Origin: Deltaproteobacteria bacterium
GTDB taxonomy: Bacteria > Desulfobacterota > GWC2-55-46
Direction: 5' to 3'
DNA: 64,000 nucleotides
Assembly (NCBI GenBank): GCA_016219075.1
Contig: JACRCJ010000286.1
Span: forward strand, 27,528 to 91,527
How positions within the stretch are numbered: position 1 is the first letter of the stretch; each line of letters opens with the position of its first letter. A program made the translations under genes and the position numbers. Shown here in pieces: positions 35,755-45,483 of this stretch. The notes beneath the pieces were generated by a model, which saw nothing but the letters and a program-made list of their open reading frames with translations, was not told the DNA's origin and ran no database searches.

Positions 35755-36651
35755 CTACCCTCTTGGGTGGTTTTTCTTGTGGAGGGACTTCAGTCTTTCG
35801 TTGGTTATATGGGTGTATATCTGCGTGGTGGAGATATCGGCGTGGCCGAGCATCTCCTGGACAAGGCGCAGGTCCGCCCCGCCTTCAAGGAGATGCGTGG
35901 CGAATGAATGTCGTATTATGTGCGGTTTTATCCTCTTCCTTTCTATCCCGGCCCTGAGAGCGGCGGTCTTTATTATGACCCAGAAGTTCTGCCGTGTCAT
36001 TTTGGTGCCTCGGGCCGTTACAAAAAGGTGCTTGTTAGTCCTCTTTTTAAGGATGGCCGGCCTCGACCCTTCAAGGTACAGCCTCAGCCAGTGCATCGCC
36101 GCCTCGCCGAACGGCACAAGCCGCTCCTTCGACCCCTTGCCGAATGCGGTCAAATATCCGGCCTGGAGGTTCAGGTCGTTCAGCTTAAGCCCCGTAAGCT
36201 CTGATACCCTCAGGCCCGTCGCGTATAGCACCTCTATCATGGCCCTGTCGCGCAGCCCCAGAGGCGTTTCCGTGTCCGGGGCATTCAGTAGCCTTTCGAC
36301 CTCGTCTATTTTCAGGAAATCAGGGAGCCTCCTGGCGAGCCTCGGTATGTCGACATTGGAGCAAGGAGAGGACTTGACCCTGCCTTTCTTGAGCTGGTAC
36401 TTGTAGAACCCCCTTATCGCTATCAGGGCCCTTGTATATGACCTTACCGCGTTGCCGCTCCGCTTGAGGTCTTCGAGGTAGCCCGTTATGTCCGCCGGGC
36501 TGGCCTGCAACAGCGGCACGCCCCTTTTGTCGAGGGCCGCGGAGAACCTTGATATGTCCCTGCCGTAGGAAAGGAGCGTATTGGTGGATAGCCCCCTTTC
36601 AACCACTATGTAGTCGAGGAACTCGCTCAGGAGGTCGCCGCTATTTTCCAT
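35755..36651 (-). CDS. xerD: tyrosine recombinase XerD
   Basis: N-terminal SAM-like domain (LSEFLDYIVVERGLSTNTLLSYGRDI). Catalytic RHSFATHLLEGGADLRLVQEMLGHADISTTQIYTH with Arg-His-Arg-Tyr residues. ~298 aa. Start at the ATG at 36651 follows the glnD stop. Confidence 0.85.
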   Translation of the reverse strand: MENSGDLLSEFLDYIVVERGLSTNTLLSYGRDISRFSAALDKRGVPLLQASPADITGYLEDLKRSGNAVRSYTRALIAIRGFYKYQLKKGRVKSSPCSNVDIPRLARRLPDFLKIDEVERLLNAPDTETPLGLRDRAMIEVLYATGLRVSELTGLKLNDLNLQAGYLTAFGKGSKERLVPFGEAAMHWLRLYLEGSRPAILKKRTNKHLFVTARGTKMTRQNFWVIIKTAALRAGIERKRIKPHIIRHSFATHLLEGGADLRLVQEMLGHADISTTQIYTHITNERLKSLHKKNHPRG

Positions 36652-39298
36652 CCCTGCCCGTCTTTTTCTCGGCAAGGACGCCGTGGAGGGTCTCCGCTAT
36701 CTCCTTCAGCCGCTCCGTATAGAATATCTTCTGCCCGAAGATGTCCTTTACGTAGAAGATATCCGCCGCCTCGTCGCCCTTTGTCGATATCTTGGCGATA
36801 TAGATATACAGGCCGAGCTTTGAAAGAGTGCTCGTGATATCGTAGAGGAGCCCGATCCTGTTCTGCGCGTGTATGTCTATTACCGTATAGGCGTCCGAGA
36901 CCTCGTTGTCCGTCTGGACGTTCGGCCTTACCGGGGGCTTCGCCTTCATGTCGAGTATCGAAGGCTTCCTCTTGCCCACGAGGGCCGCCACCTTCATCCT
37001 TCCGGTTATCACGCCGGACAGGTCGTCGTCGATCTTCTTTAGTTTCATCGGGTCTGTAATTAGTTCGCCGATGGCGCTGGTGACCTGCAGTATATCGAGG
37101 ACTATCCCGTTCTTCAGGGTGTTTATCTGGGCCCCGAGGATATTAACGGCGTTTGCGGCCATGACCCCGGTTATCATCGAAAAGAGGCCGTGGACGTCAT
37201 GCGTGCATACGATGAACTCGGTATAATTCCTCTGGGGCTCCTGCCTTGCGGTCATTATATATGGCTTGCCGCTTAAGTCCCTCAGTATCTTTACGTGCTC
37301 GGCAATGGAATCCGCGCCCGTTGAGAGGAAGTACCTGTGCGGGAGGAGCTGGAAGTAATCCTCCACGAAAAGCCTGTCTATGCCTTCCGGCTTCAATATC
37401 CCGGCTACCCTCTCCCTTATCCTTTCAAGCTTAGCGGCCGCGTCCTCGGCCTCGAAGCTCCCGCGCTCAAGCACCGTCAGCGCCTTGAAGTAAAGCTCCT
37501 GGAACAGCGCGCCCTTCCACTGGTTCCACACGTCGGGGCCCACGGCGCGCACGTCCGCGAAGGTCAGGAGGTACAGGAGGTTAAGCCTCTCTATGTCGCC
37601 GACCTTCCTCGCGAACTCTATTATGAGGTTCTCGTCGTGGAGGTCCCTGTACTGGGCGGTGTCTGCAAGGAGGAGGTGGTTCTTGACGAGGAACTTCACG
37701 AGGTTTGAGTCGTCCTCGGAAAGGCCGAGCCTCCTGCATATCTCCGGCACCATGCGGCCGCCCTTCTCGGCGTGCCCTTTCCCGTGCGCCTTGCCGATGT
37801 CGTGGAAGAGGACCGAGAGCATGAGCATCTCAGGGTTCGGTATCTCCCCGAAGAGCGTGGAAAGAAGGGAGAAGTCGGCCTTGTATTCATTCCTGAGCCT
37901 CTCCAGCTCCCTTATGGCGAATAGCGTATGGGCGTCCACGGTGTATACGTGGTAGAGGTCGTGCTGGACCCTGCAGGTTATCTCCCCGAACTCCGGGATG
38001 TACTTTTCCAGGAATTTGAGCCTTTGCATCTCCATGAGGGTCTTGAAGACGCCTTTCCCCTTGAGTATCTTGAGGAATGACTCGGAGGCGGCCCTGGAAA
38101 CCCGGAGGTCGTCCCCCGCGCTTTCAAGGTAATTGAGGATGGCGTCCTTTGTGTGCTGGCTCATCTCGACGTCAAAGGCCTGCGCGTACTCGAAGGCCCT
38201 TACGGCCACGGACGGGTCTTCTTCGAGGCCGCCGTGGGTACTCAGGGTAAGGGAGCCGCCGGTGATCGAAAAATTCCTGTCTATCCTTACCTTCTTCTTC
38301 GGCCAGAAGAATACCTTCTTCCGCCCCCTGTCCATGCTCCTCTGGAGTATCAGGTTGGAGCACCTGCTTATGTTGGCGGCGTGCCTGTAATACGTCTGCA
38401 TGAAGGACTCGACCGCCAGCGCCTTCTCGGTGTTCTCGAACCCGAGTAGGCCCGCTATCCTCTCCTGATGGTCGAAGGTAAGCTGGTCGGTCTTCCTCCC
38501 GGTCTGGAAGTGGAGGTCGTTCCTCACCCATAGGAGGAAATCGAGCGAGGCGGCGAGCTCCTTCTTGTCGCGCTCGGAGATGAGCCCGAGGGAGAATGGC
38601 TCGACGGCCTTGCCGTCCTTCGCCCTTACGGCCCACATGGCGGTATGGAGGTCCCTCAACCCCCCCTCGCCTTCCTTGACGTTAGGCTCGAGTATGTAGA
38701 CGGAGCCCCCGTACTTGGCGTGCCTGTTTTTGGTCTCGTCTATCTTGTCCTTTATGAAGGCGTCGGTCTTCTGCCTGTTGAAGAGGTTCTTCCTTACGCT
38801 TGAGTGGAGGGCCTCGAAAAGGCCTCTGTCCCCGAGTATGAAGCGCAGGTCGAGCACCGCCGTCATGGTCTTCAGGTCTTCTCTGGCAAGGGAAATGCAC
38901 TCAGGGACGGAGCGGATGCTGAAGCCCATGTCCAGCCCCGTGTCCCAGAGTATATAGAGTACCTGCTGGGTGAGCTCCTCGACCGGTTTGGTTATTCGCT
39001 TTTTGTGAAGGAGCATGAGGTCGATATCGGAGCGGACGTTGAGCTCTCCCCTGCCGTAACCTCCGATGGCGACGAGCGCGGTCGGCTCGTCGCAGGAGAC
39101 CTCCGCGGCCTTGAAGGTAAAAAGCGCCTTCAGTATCCCGTCCACAAGGGCCGTGTAGGACCTGCATACGCTCGAGCCGGGCTCACCCGCGATGTGCCTT
39201 TTGCGGAGGTCCTCCTCGGCGCGGGAAAGGCTCTCCTTTATGACCGCCGCGGCGGCCTTTGGGTCCTTACGCAAGGATTCGAGGATGAGGTTATGCAT
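36641..39298 (-). CDS. glnD: [protein-PII] uridylyltransferase / uridylyl-removing enzyme GlnD
   Basis: Nucleotidyltransferase motif GGYGRGELNVRSDIDLMLLH, central HD domain (LFHDIGKA...), two C-terminal ACT domains. 885 aa. Confidence 0.85.
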   Translation of the reverse strand: MHNLILESLRKDPKAAAAVIKESLSRAEEDLRKRHIAGEPGSSVCRSYTALVDGILKALFTFKAAEVSCDEPTALVAIGGYGRGELNVRSDIDLMLLHKKRITKPVEELTQQVLYILWDTGLDMGFSIRSVPECISLAREDLKTMTAVLDLRFILGDRGLFEALHSSVRKNLFNRQKTDAFIKDKIDETKNRHAKYGGSVYILEPNVKEGEGGLRDLHTAMWAVRAKDGKAVEPFSLGLISERDKKELAASLDFLLWVRNDLHFQTGRKTDQLTFDHQERIAGLLGFENTEKALAVESFMQTYYRHAANISRCSNLILQRSMDRGRKKVFFWPKKKVRIDRNFSITGGSLTLSTHGGLEEDPSVAVRAFEYAQAFDVEMSQHTKDAILNYLESAGDDLRVSRAASESFLKILKGKGVFKTLMEMQRLKFLEKYIPEFGEITCRVQHDLYHVYTVDAHTLFAIRELERLRNEYKADFSLLSTLFGEIPNPEMLMLSVLFHDIGKAHGKGHAEKGGRMVPEICRRLGLSEDDSNLVKFLVKNHLLLADTAQYRDLHDENLIIEFARKVGDIERLNLLYLLTFADVRAVGPDVWNQWKGALFQELYFKALTVLERGSFEAEDAAAKLERIRERVAGILKPEGIDRLFVEDYFQLLPHRYFLSTGADSIAEHVKILRDLSGKPYIMTARQEPQRNYTEFIVCTHDVHGLFSMITGVMAANAVNILGAQINTLKNGIVLDILQVTSAIGELITDPMKLKKIDDDLSGVITGRMKVAALVGKRKPSILDMKAKPPVRPNVQTDNEVSDAYTVIDIHAQNRIGLLYDITSTLSKLGLYIYIAKISTKGDEAADIFYVKDIFGQKIFYTERLKEIAETLHGVLAEKKTGRDGK

Positions 39299-39304
39299 AG
39301 GCGT

Positions 39305-40567
39305 CTACACCGGGCCCGGGCCGTTAATGTAGCGCATAAGGCCGGTGCTTATGCCCTCTATCACCTCGCGGAGGTACTTTTCGTCCTGGAGCTTTTTTTC
39401 CTCGTTGGGGTTGCTTATGTACGAGACCTCAACGAGTATGCTCGGCATCTTGGTGCCCACGAGCACGTAGAAAGGCGCGCCCTTTACTCCGTTACTCCTG
39501 GTGTCGCCGTATTTCTCCTTGAGGCCCTTGACGAGCCTCTCCTGGACGGCCGTGGCAAGCCGGACCGAGTCGTTGGTCTTGGCTGTCCTTATCAGGTCGT
39601 TAAGGATGAACTCGAGGTCGCTTACCGAGCGGGTGGACGTGGCGTTCTCGCGCGCCGCCACCCTCTTGGCCTCCTCGTCGTTGGAGATGTTGAGGATATA
39701 GGTCTCTATGCCGGAGGCCGTCTTTTTCGGGCTCGCGTTTATGTGTATCGAGATGAAGAGGTCGGCGTCGTATTTGTTCGCAATCGCGGTACGCTCCTCA
39801 AGCGGTATGAAGACGTCAGTATCCCTCGTCATTATTATCTTCGGCCCCGAGTCATTGGCAAGCCTTTCCCTGAGCATCTTCGATAAGCGGAGCGTCACGT
39901 CCTTTTCCTTGAGCCCTCCTCTTCCTATCGCGCCGGGGTCCTTGCCGCCGTGGCCGGGGTCGATGACTATCTTTCTCACCTTCAGGCCGAGCTGCTGGGT
40001 GATGGTGATGCCCTCTTTTGCCTTCCTTATTTCGGTCTTTTTAGGCCCTTCGAGCCTCGGTATTTTTTGCGCCGCGTCTTCTGAAGCAACGGGCGGAGCG
40101 ATGGATGGCGGGGGCGGAGGCGCGGGCGCAACGCCCTTGCCCGTGACGTCAACGACTATCCTGAACGGCTCGCTCAGGGGGAAGACCTTGTAGTCCTCGA
40201 TAGATTCGATATCGAGGACTACCCTGACGGTATCGTTGTCGTACTGGCCCGCGCGGGCGACCTTCAAAAGGCCGTCGTTTATCGGTATCGGCTTTTTTAG
40301 CGCACCGGCGAGCTTCGCGCCCTTTATGTCGATGTAAAGGCGCCTCCACTCCATCTTGATGGAAGGGTCCTGCTTCAGTAGCCTCTGTGAGAAGACGGCC
40401 TTTTTGCTGAGCTCTATGACGACCCTCGTGTAGTTCGGGTTAGACCAATGCTTCACGTCCGACACTACGGCCTTGCCTGCGGCGCTGGATTCATTCGGGG
40501 AGAAAGCGACCAGCAAGGACGGGACGAGAAGAAGGCAGAGGAGCCTTATGGAGTAAAGGTATCGCAT
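39305..40567 (-). CDS. N-acetylmuramoyl-L-alanine amidase (AmiC-like; AMIN domain plus Amidase_3)
   Basis: Signal peptide. AMIN-type N-terminal domain (VKHWSNPNYTRVVIEL...LYIDIKGAKL). Pro/Ala linker. Catalytic IVIDPGHGGKDPGA...ISIHINAS. Confidence 0.8.
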   Translation of the reverse strand: MRYLYSIRLLCLLLVPSLLVAFSPNESSAAGKAVVSDVKHWSNPNYTRVVIELSKKAVFSQRLLKQDPSIKMEWRRLYIDIKGAKLAGALKKPIPINDGLLKVARAGQYDNDTVRVVLDIESIEDYKVFPLSEPFRIVVDVTGKGVAPAPPPPPSIAPPVASEDAAQKIPRLEGPKKTEIRKAKEGITITQQLGLKVRKIVIDPGHGGKDPGAIGRGGLKEKDVTLRLSKMLRERLANDSGPKIIMTRDTDVFIPLEERTAIANKYDADLFISIHINASPKKTASGIETYILNISNDEEAKRVAARENATSTRSVSDLEFILNDLIRTAKTNDSVRLATAVQERLVKGLKEKYGDTRSNGVKGAPFYVLVGTKMPSILVEVSYISNPNEEKKLQDEKYLREVIEGISTGLMRYINGPGPV

Positions 40568-43134
40568 CAGTTTTCCAGCATCTCTTTCATCTTGTGGAGG
40601 GCGTTCAAAGCGTCAAGCGGCGTAAGGCGGTCGGTGTCTATCTTCTTTAATTCCTCGCGCACGGGGTCGCCTTCTCCCAATAGGCTCAGCTGCCTCGGGT
40701 CCGGCTCCCTCTTGGCGGCTATCCTCGGCATGCCGGCCTCATTCAGCTCGCCGGTCTCAAGGTTCTTGAGTATCTCCTGCGCCCTTGAGATTATCGCCGC
40801 GGGCATGCCCGCGAGGCGGGCCACCTGTATGCCGTAGCTCCGGGAGCCGCCGCCGGGCACGACCTTCCTCAGGAAAATGACCTTGCCGCCCCACTCCTTC
40901 ACTGCCATATTATAATTTTTGACCATTTCTTTTGTCAAGGAAAGCTCGGTAAGCTCGTGGTAATGCGTGGCGAAAAGCGTTTTCGACCTGAGCTTCGGGT
41001 TGTCGTGCATGTGCTCCACGACGGCCCACGCAATGCTCAGGCCGTCGAAGGTCGAGGTGCCCCTGCCGATCTCGTCGAGTATCACAAGGCTCCTTTGGGT
41101 AGCGTTATTGAGGATATTCGCGGTCTCGTTCATCTCGACCATGAAGGTAGACTGCCCGCTTGCGATGTCGTCGGACGCGCCGACGCGCGTAAATATCCTG
41201 TCCACGGCCCCGATGACCGCCTTCCCTGCCGGGACAAAAGAGCCTATGTGCGCCATGAGGACTATAAGCGCGTTCTGCCGGAGGTACGTCGATTTGCCCG
41301 CCATGTTCGGGCCTGTGAGTATTATTATCCTCTCGCCGGACCCGAGCTTCAAGTCGTTCGCCACGAACTCCTGCGACCTGGCCTCGACCACCGGGTGCCT
41401 GCCGGCCTCGATATCGAGTATGTCGTCCTCCACCATCGAGGGCCTCGCGTACCCCCTCTCGGACGCCGCCTGCGCGAGCGAAAGCAAAGCGTCGAGCGTG
41501 GAGACCGCCTCTGCCGTCTTCTGTATTCTCGGGGCGTAGCCGGATACCCTGTCGAGTACCTCCGCGAAAAGCCCGGCCTCGAGCTCTTTAGATTTTTCCT
41601 CGGCGGTAAGGATCTTTTCTTCCCACTCCTTCAATTCCGGCGTAATGAATCGCTCGGCGTTCACAAGAGTCTGCTTCCTTATGTAATCAACGGGGACGTT
41701 TCCGAGGTTTGTCCTTGTCACCTCTATATAGTAGCCGAAGACCCTGTTGTAGCTTACCTTGAGGGAGTTTATCCCGGTCCTTTGCCTCTCGGCGGATTCG
41801 AGCCTCGCTATCCAGTCCTTCCCGCCTGAGCCGATATCCCTCAGCTCGTCAAGAGAGGCGTTGCAGCCCTTCCTTATAACCCCGCCGTCGCGTATTGTGA
41901 AGGGAGGGGCGTCTACTATCGCGTCTTCTATTATCTTTACGGCCTCCGGGACCTCGTCGATGCAAGATAACAGCGAACTCAGCATAGCCGAGCCGAATCG
42001 CCTCAACCCGTCCTTTACTGCCGGGACCCTCTGGAGGGATGATTTCAGCGCGACTAAGTCCCTCGGGTTCGCGGCGTTCAGGAAGACCTTTACCGTGAGC
42101 CTCTCGAGGTCGTACACATCGTCAAGAAGCTCCTGCAGGGACGCCCTTGCCGCGCGCTCTCCGAGAAGCTCTTCTACGGCCCCCTGCCGCTCAACTATGC
42201 GCGAGACGTCCCTCAACGGGAAGAGGAGCCATGACTTAAGGCGCCTCCCGCCCATGGCCGTCTTCGTCCTGTCGAGCAGCTCAAGCAGGGTGCCTTCTTT
42301 ACCGCCGGAGGTGTTCTCTATTATCTCGAGGTTCCTTCTCGTGGAGGCGTCGAGCGCCAGGTATTCGCCCGTTGAATAGGGGACGCACTTGCTGACGTGA
42401 TTGATCTCGCCTTTCTGCGTCTCTTTTATATATTGCAGGAGCGCGCCTGCCGCCCTCGTGCCCTCTATCATGCCCTTGCACCCGAAACCGTCGAGCGAGC
42501 TTACGCCGAAGTGTGCGTTCAGCCGCTCAAGCGCCGGGCGGTAATCGAAGGCGTATTTGCCCGGCACGGTTATCTTTTTTACGGAAGCGCCGGGGAAAAA
42601 ATCCGTCAAGGGCTCTTCGAGAAGCAGCTCCTGCGGCCTTATCCTCTTTATCTCGTCGTTTAACGGGCCCGCTCCGTCGAACTCAGCCATCATGAACTCG
42701 CCGGTCGATACGTCCATGTAGGAAAAGCCGCATTGTTTAGGGCTTATTGACGCGGCGGCTATGAAGTTGTTGGACTTCGGGTCGAGTATCTCGTCTTCGA
42801 GCGCGACACCGGGAGTGATGACCTTCACGACGGCCCTCTCGACAAGGCCTTTGGACTCCCTGGGGTCCGTCACCTGCTCGCATACCGCCACCTTATGCCC
42901 ATCTTTAACGAGCCTTGCTATGTAGGACGAGGCGGCGTGGTAAGGCACCCCGCACATCGGGATGTCTTTGTCTTTGTCCCTCGACGTGAGGGCGATGCCA
43001 AGGACTTTCGCGGCGCACCTGGCGTCCTCGAAGAACATCTCGTAGAAGTCCCCCATCCTGAAAAAGATGATGGCGTCGCTGTTTTGGGACTTTATCTCGA
43101 GGTACTGCCGCATGGCAGGGGTAAGGGGCTTCAT
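40567..43134 (-). CDS. mutS: DNA mismatch repair protein MutS
   Basis: N-terminal MTPAMRQYLEIK...FFRMGDFYEMF mismatch-binding domain. Walker A GPNMAGKST. 855 aa. Confidence 0.9.
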   Translation of the reverse strand: MKPLTPAMRQYLEIKSQNSDAIIFFRMGDFYEMFFEDARCAAKVLGIALTSRDKDKDIPMCGVPYHAASSYIARLVKDGHKVAVCEQVTDPRESKGLVERAVVKVITPGVALEDEILDPKSNNFIAAASISPKQCGFSYMDVSTGEFMMAEFDGAGPLNDEIKRIRPQELLLEEPLTDFFPGASVKKITVPGKYAFDYRPALERLNAHFGVSSLDGFGCKGMIEGTRAAGALLQYIKETQKGEINHVSKCVPYSTGEYLALDASTRRNLEIIENTSGGKEGTLLELLDRTKTAMGGRRLKSWLLFPLRDVSRIVERQGAVEELLGERAARASLQELLDDVYDLERLTVKVFLNAANPRDLVALKSSLQRVPAVKDGLRRFGSAMLSSLLSCIDEVPEAVKIIEDAIVDAPPFTIRDGGVIRKGCNASLDELRDIGSGGKDWIARLESAERQRTGINSLKVSYNRVFGYYIEVTRTNLGNVPVDYIRKQTLVNAERFITPELKEWEEKILTAEEKSKELEAGLFAEVLDRVSGYAPRIQKTAEAVSTLDALLSLAQAASERGYARPSMVEDDILDIEAGRHPVVEARSQEFVANDLKLGSGERIIILTGPNMAGKSTYLRQNALIVLMAHIGSFVPAGKAVIGAVDRIFTRVGASDDIASGQSTFMVEMNETANILNNATQRSLVILDEIGRGTSTFDGLSIAWAVVEHMHDNPKLRSKTLFATHYHELTELSLTKEMVKNYNMAVKEWGGKVIFLRKVVPGGGSRSYGIQVARLAGMPAAIISRAQEILKNLETGELNEAGMPRIAAKREPDPRQLSLLGEGDPVREELKKIDTDRLTPLDALNALHKMKEMLEN

Positions 43135-43151
43135 ATAACCGCCATAGGATA

Positions 43152-45371
43152 TCAGACTATCCAGTTCTGCTGCTCGAAGTCTTCCGTCGGGACCTGGAAT
43201 ATGAGGAAGCCCTTAACCGGCCACCTCTCGACGCCTCTTTCGTTGCCGTCGATATTTATGAAGAGCCTTATTTCATTCCCCTTTAAGGCGCCGAGGGTGT
43301 CGAGCCCGACGCCTAACTCGACCACGGCGTCGGACGCTATCTCCTTGACAGCGCCCGCCTCGACCCATTTATTGTCCTGCTTCACGGAGAGCGCGGCCTT
43401 CGCCTCCCTGCCTTTTATCGCGGCCGTTATCTTTACCGGCTTCGGGTGGAGGAAGTTTATGGTGAAGCTCCACTCTCCCTCGAAGGGCGCGAGGTCCTCG
43501 AGGTAGTCGAACCTGAAAAATAGCGTGTCCTTCGAGAACCCGTACGAGATGCCTTCTATAACGCCGTTGCCCTGCAGCTCCCTGTGCATGGCGCTCCCGA
43601 AGTAATGGCGCTCCAGCCTCCCGGCGGAGAGCCATTCGAAATAGTTTGAGACAAGCCCGTCTATATTGGGCTTGATGAAGGCCGAAGGGGCCACCGGCGG
43701 CACATAGCCCTTCACCTCTGAGGATATCGGTATCTCAAGGTAGTCCGGCGGCTCCATCTCGATGAGCGAGTAGACCCTCTTAATGTGTTTCCTGAAGAGC
43801 GAATCGAAGTGCTCGTCGCTTAAGGAAGTATGCTCCTCGCCGTACCACCAGAACCAGTCGCTCCCCTCGGCCGCGTAGACCTCTTCCCAGGCTTCCGCGA
43901 TGGCGTCTTTCTTCTCCTTGCGCTCCGCGGGCTTCAACGACTCTTCGTATTTGACAAGCGCGGAGCGCGCCTCGGCTATGTAGTCCCAGGCCGTGTTGTC
44001 CTCGACATGGCCTATCCATATCTTGAAGTTATGGCTTATCCAGGAGCCCGGGTAGAGCCAGTTGAGCGGCTCCCTGAACTCGGTTTCCTTCAGGTGCTCG
44101 CTCATCGTGACGCAGCGCAGCTTCCTGTGGCCGGACAGTTTCGAGTACAGGGCCGAAAGGAAGTCCCTGCCGTCGTTCCTGAAGTGCTCCCACGCGTTCT
44201 CGCCGTCGAGTATTATGCTCACCACGTGCTTTTCGGGCTCTTCGAGCATGTCATGGATGTGGACGAGCCTCGATACCATGTCGTTTGCCGCGGCCTCCGG
44301 GTCCATCTTCGCGTAGTCGAACCCGATAAGGTCGGAGAGCACGTGGTCCCTGAAAAATATAGAGACCTTCCGCATGTCAGCCCCTATTGCGTAGGGCTTA
44401 TACAGGAACGGGTCGTAACAGTTGCCGTGCGTGTCCCTCCTTATGGGCCTCTTAAGGGAATTCGATAGTATCTCCTCGTCCGAGGCCATCCACCGTATGC
44501 CCGCCTCCGCCGCTATCGGCAGCACCTCCATGCTCACCGAGCCCTCGGAGGGCCAGATGCCCTCGGGCTTTTTCCCGAAGGTCTCTTCGTAAAGGGCTAT
44601 CCCCTTCTCAAGCTGCGTCCGCGCGTCCTCGGGGTGCATGAACCTTTCGCGCGGGAGCGTAAGCCCGGGCATCGCCTCTTTCGCGGAGAAGCTGTCGCAA
44701 AGGAGCGGCATTATCGGGTGGTAGTACGGGGTAGTGGATACCTCTATTATGCCCCTGTCCATCATCTCCCTGTACTTCGGCAACACTGTCCCTACTATCT
44801 CTATCTGCTTGTCGAGGAGCTTGAGCTTCTCCGTCTCGGTGAACCTCCCGCCCTTTGAATACAGGGCCGAGAGGAACGGGTCCTTTGCCCTGATGACCGG
44901 GTCTATCCAGACGAGGTTGAAAAGGACCTGCAGGTCGAGGTAGTCCTCCTCGGTGAAATACCTGAGCACGTGCTGTATCTCGTCCTTCGAGCTCGACACC
45001 CCGCGTTTCTTAAGGAGCTCCCAGTACCTCGGCAGCGGCTTTACCATCCAGTCCCAGTTGGCCTGGAAGAAGTACTGGATCATGAACTCCTTGTCGTCCC
45101 TTGTCAGGAGCGAGGCCGGCTTTTTGCTGAGCTTCCTGTATTTGTCGAGGGCCTTGCCGGAGGCGTATTCGTTAAGCTGCTCCATGAGGCACGGCACCAG
45201 GTTGAAGGTCTGGTGGACTTCCGGGAACTCGTCGAGTATCGCGGCCATGTCGTAGTAGTCCTTGGTAGCGTGGAGGAGCACCCACGGGAGCGTGTATTCG
45301 CCCGTTGAAGGGTCCTTGTATAGAGGCTGGTGCATGTGCCAGAGGAAGGCTATGTTGAGTCTTTTGTCCAT
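43152..45371 (-). CDS. glycoside hydrolase family 57 alpha-glucan enzyme (4-alpha-glucanotransferase/amylase/branching-enzyme type)
   Basis: N-terminal LNIAFLWHMHQPLYKD GH57 signature. ~740 aa with C-terminal extension. Confidence 0.75.
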   Translation of the reverse strand: MDKRLNIAFLWHMHQPLYKDPSTGEYTLPWVLLHATKDYYDMAAILDEFPEVHQTFNLVPCLMEQLNEYASGKALDKYRKLSKKPASLLTRDDKEFMIQYFFQANWDWMVKPLPRYWELLKKRGVSSSKDEIQHVLRYFTEEDYLDLQVLFNLVWIDPVIRAKDPFLSALYSKGGRFTETEKLKLLDKQIEIVGTVLPKYREMMDRGIIEVSTTPYYHPIMPLLCDSFSAKEAMPGLTLPRERFMHPEDARTQLEKGIALYEETFGKKPEGIWPSEGSVSMEVLPIAAEAGIRWMASDEEILSNSLKRPIRRDTHGNCYDPFLYKPYAIGADMRKVSIFFRDHVLSDLIGFDYAKMDPEAAANDMVSRLVHIHDMLEEPEKHVVSIILDGENAWEHFRNDGRDFLSALYSKLSGHRKLRCVTMSEHLKETEFREPLNWLYPGSWISHNFKIWIGHVEDNTAWDYIAEARSALVKYEESLKPAERKEKKDAIAEAWEEVYAAEGSDWFWWYGEEHTSLSDEHFDSLFRKHIKRVYSLIEMEPPDYLEIPISSEVKGYVPPVAPSAFIKPNIDGLVSNYFEWLSAGRLERHYFGSAMHRELQGNGVIEGISYGFSKDTLFFRFDYLEDLAPFEGEWSFTINFLHPKPVKITAAIKGREAKAALSVKQDNKWVEAGAVKEIASDAVVELGVGLDTLGALKGNEIRLFINIDGNERGVERWPVKGFLIFQVPTEDFEQQNWIV

Positions 45372-45483
45372 GGTGAATATGCATGGCTATCGCTTCCCAC
45401 GCGGTGATTGCGCGGGGAAGCCGCCGGATAAAATGTGAAGCCGCCTTTCATCCCGGCTCCCCCCTTTCCGCTGGAGAACGAGC

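Noticed and set aside
35755-36651. XerD as marker of an integrated mobile element or integron
   Set aside because: It has the housekeeping XerD architecture and sits in a conserved-looking glnD-xerD arrangement. There are no flanking direct repeats, no second recombinase, and no cargo genes. It is interpreted as the chromosome dimer resolution recombinase.
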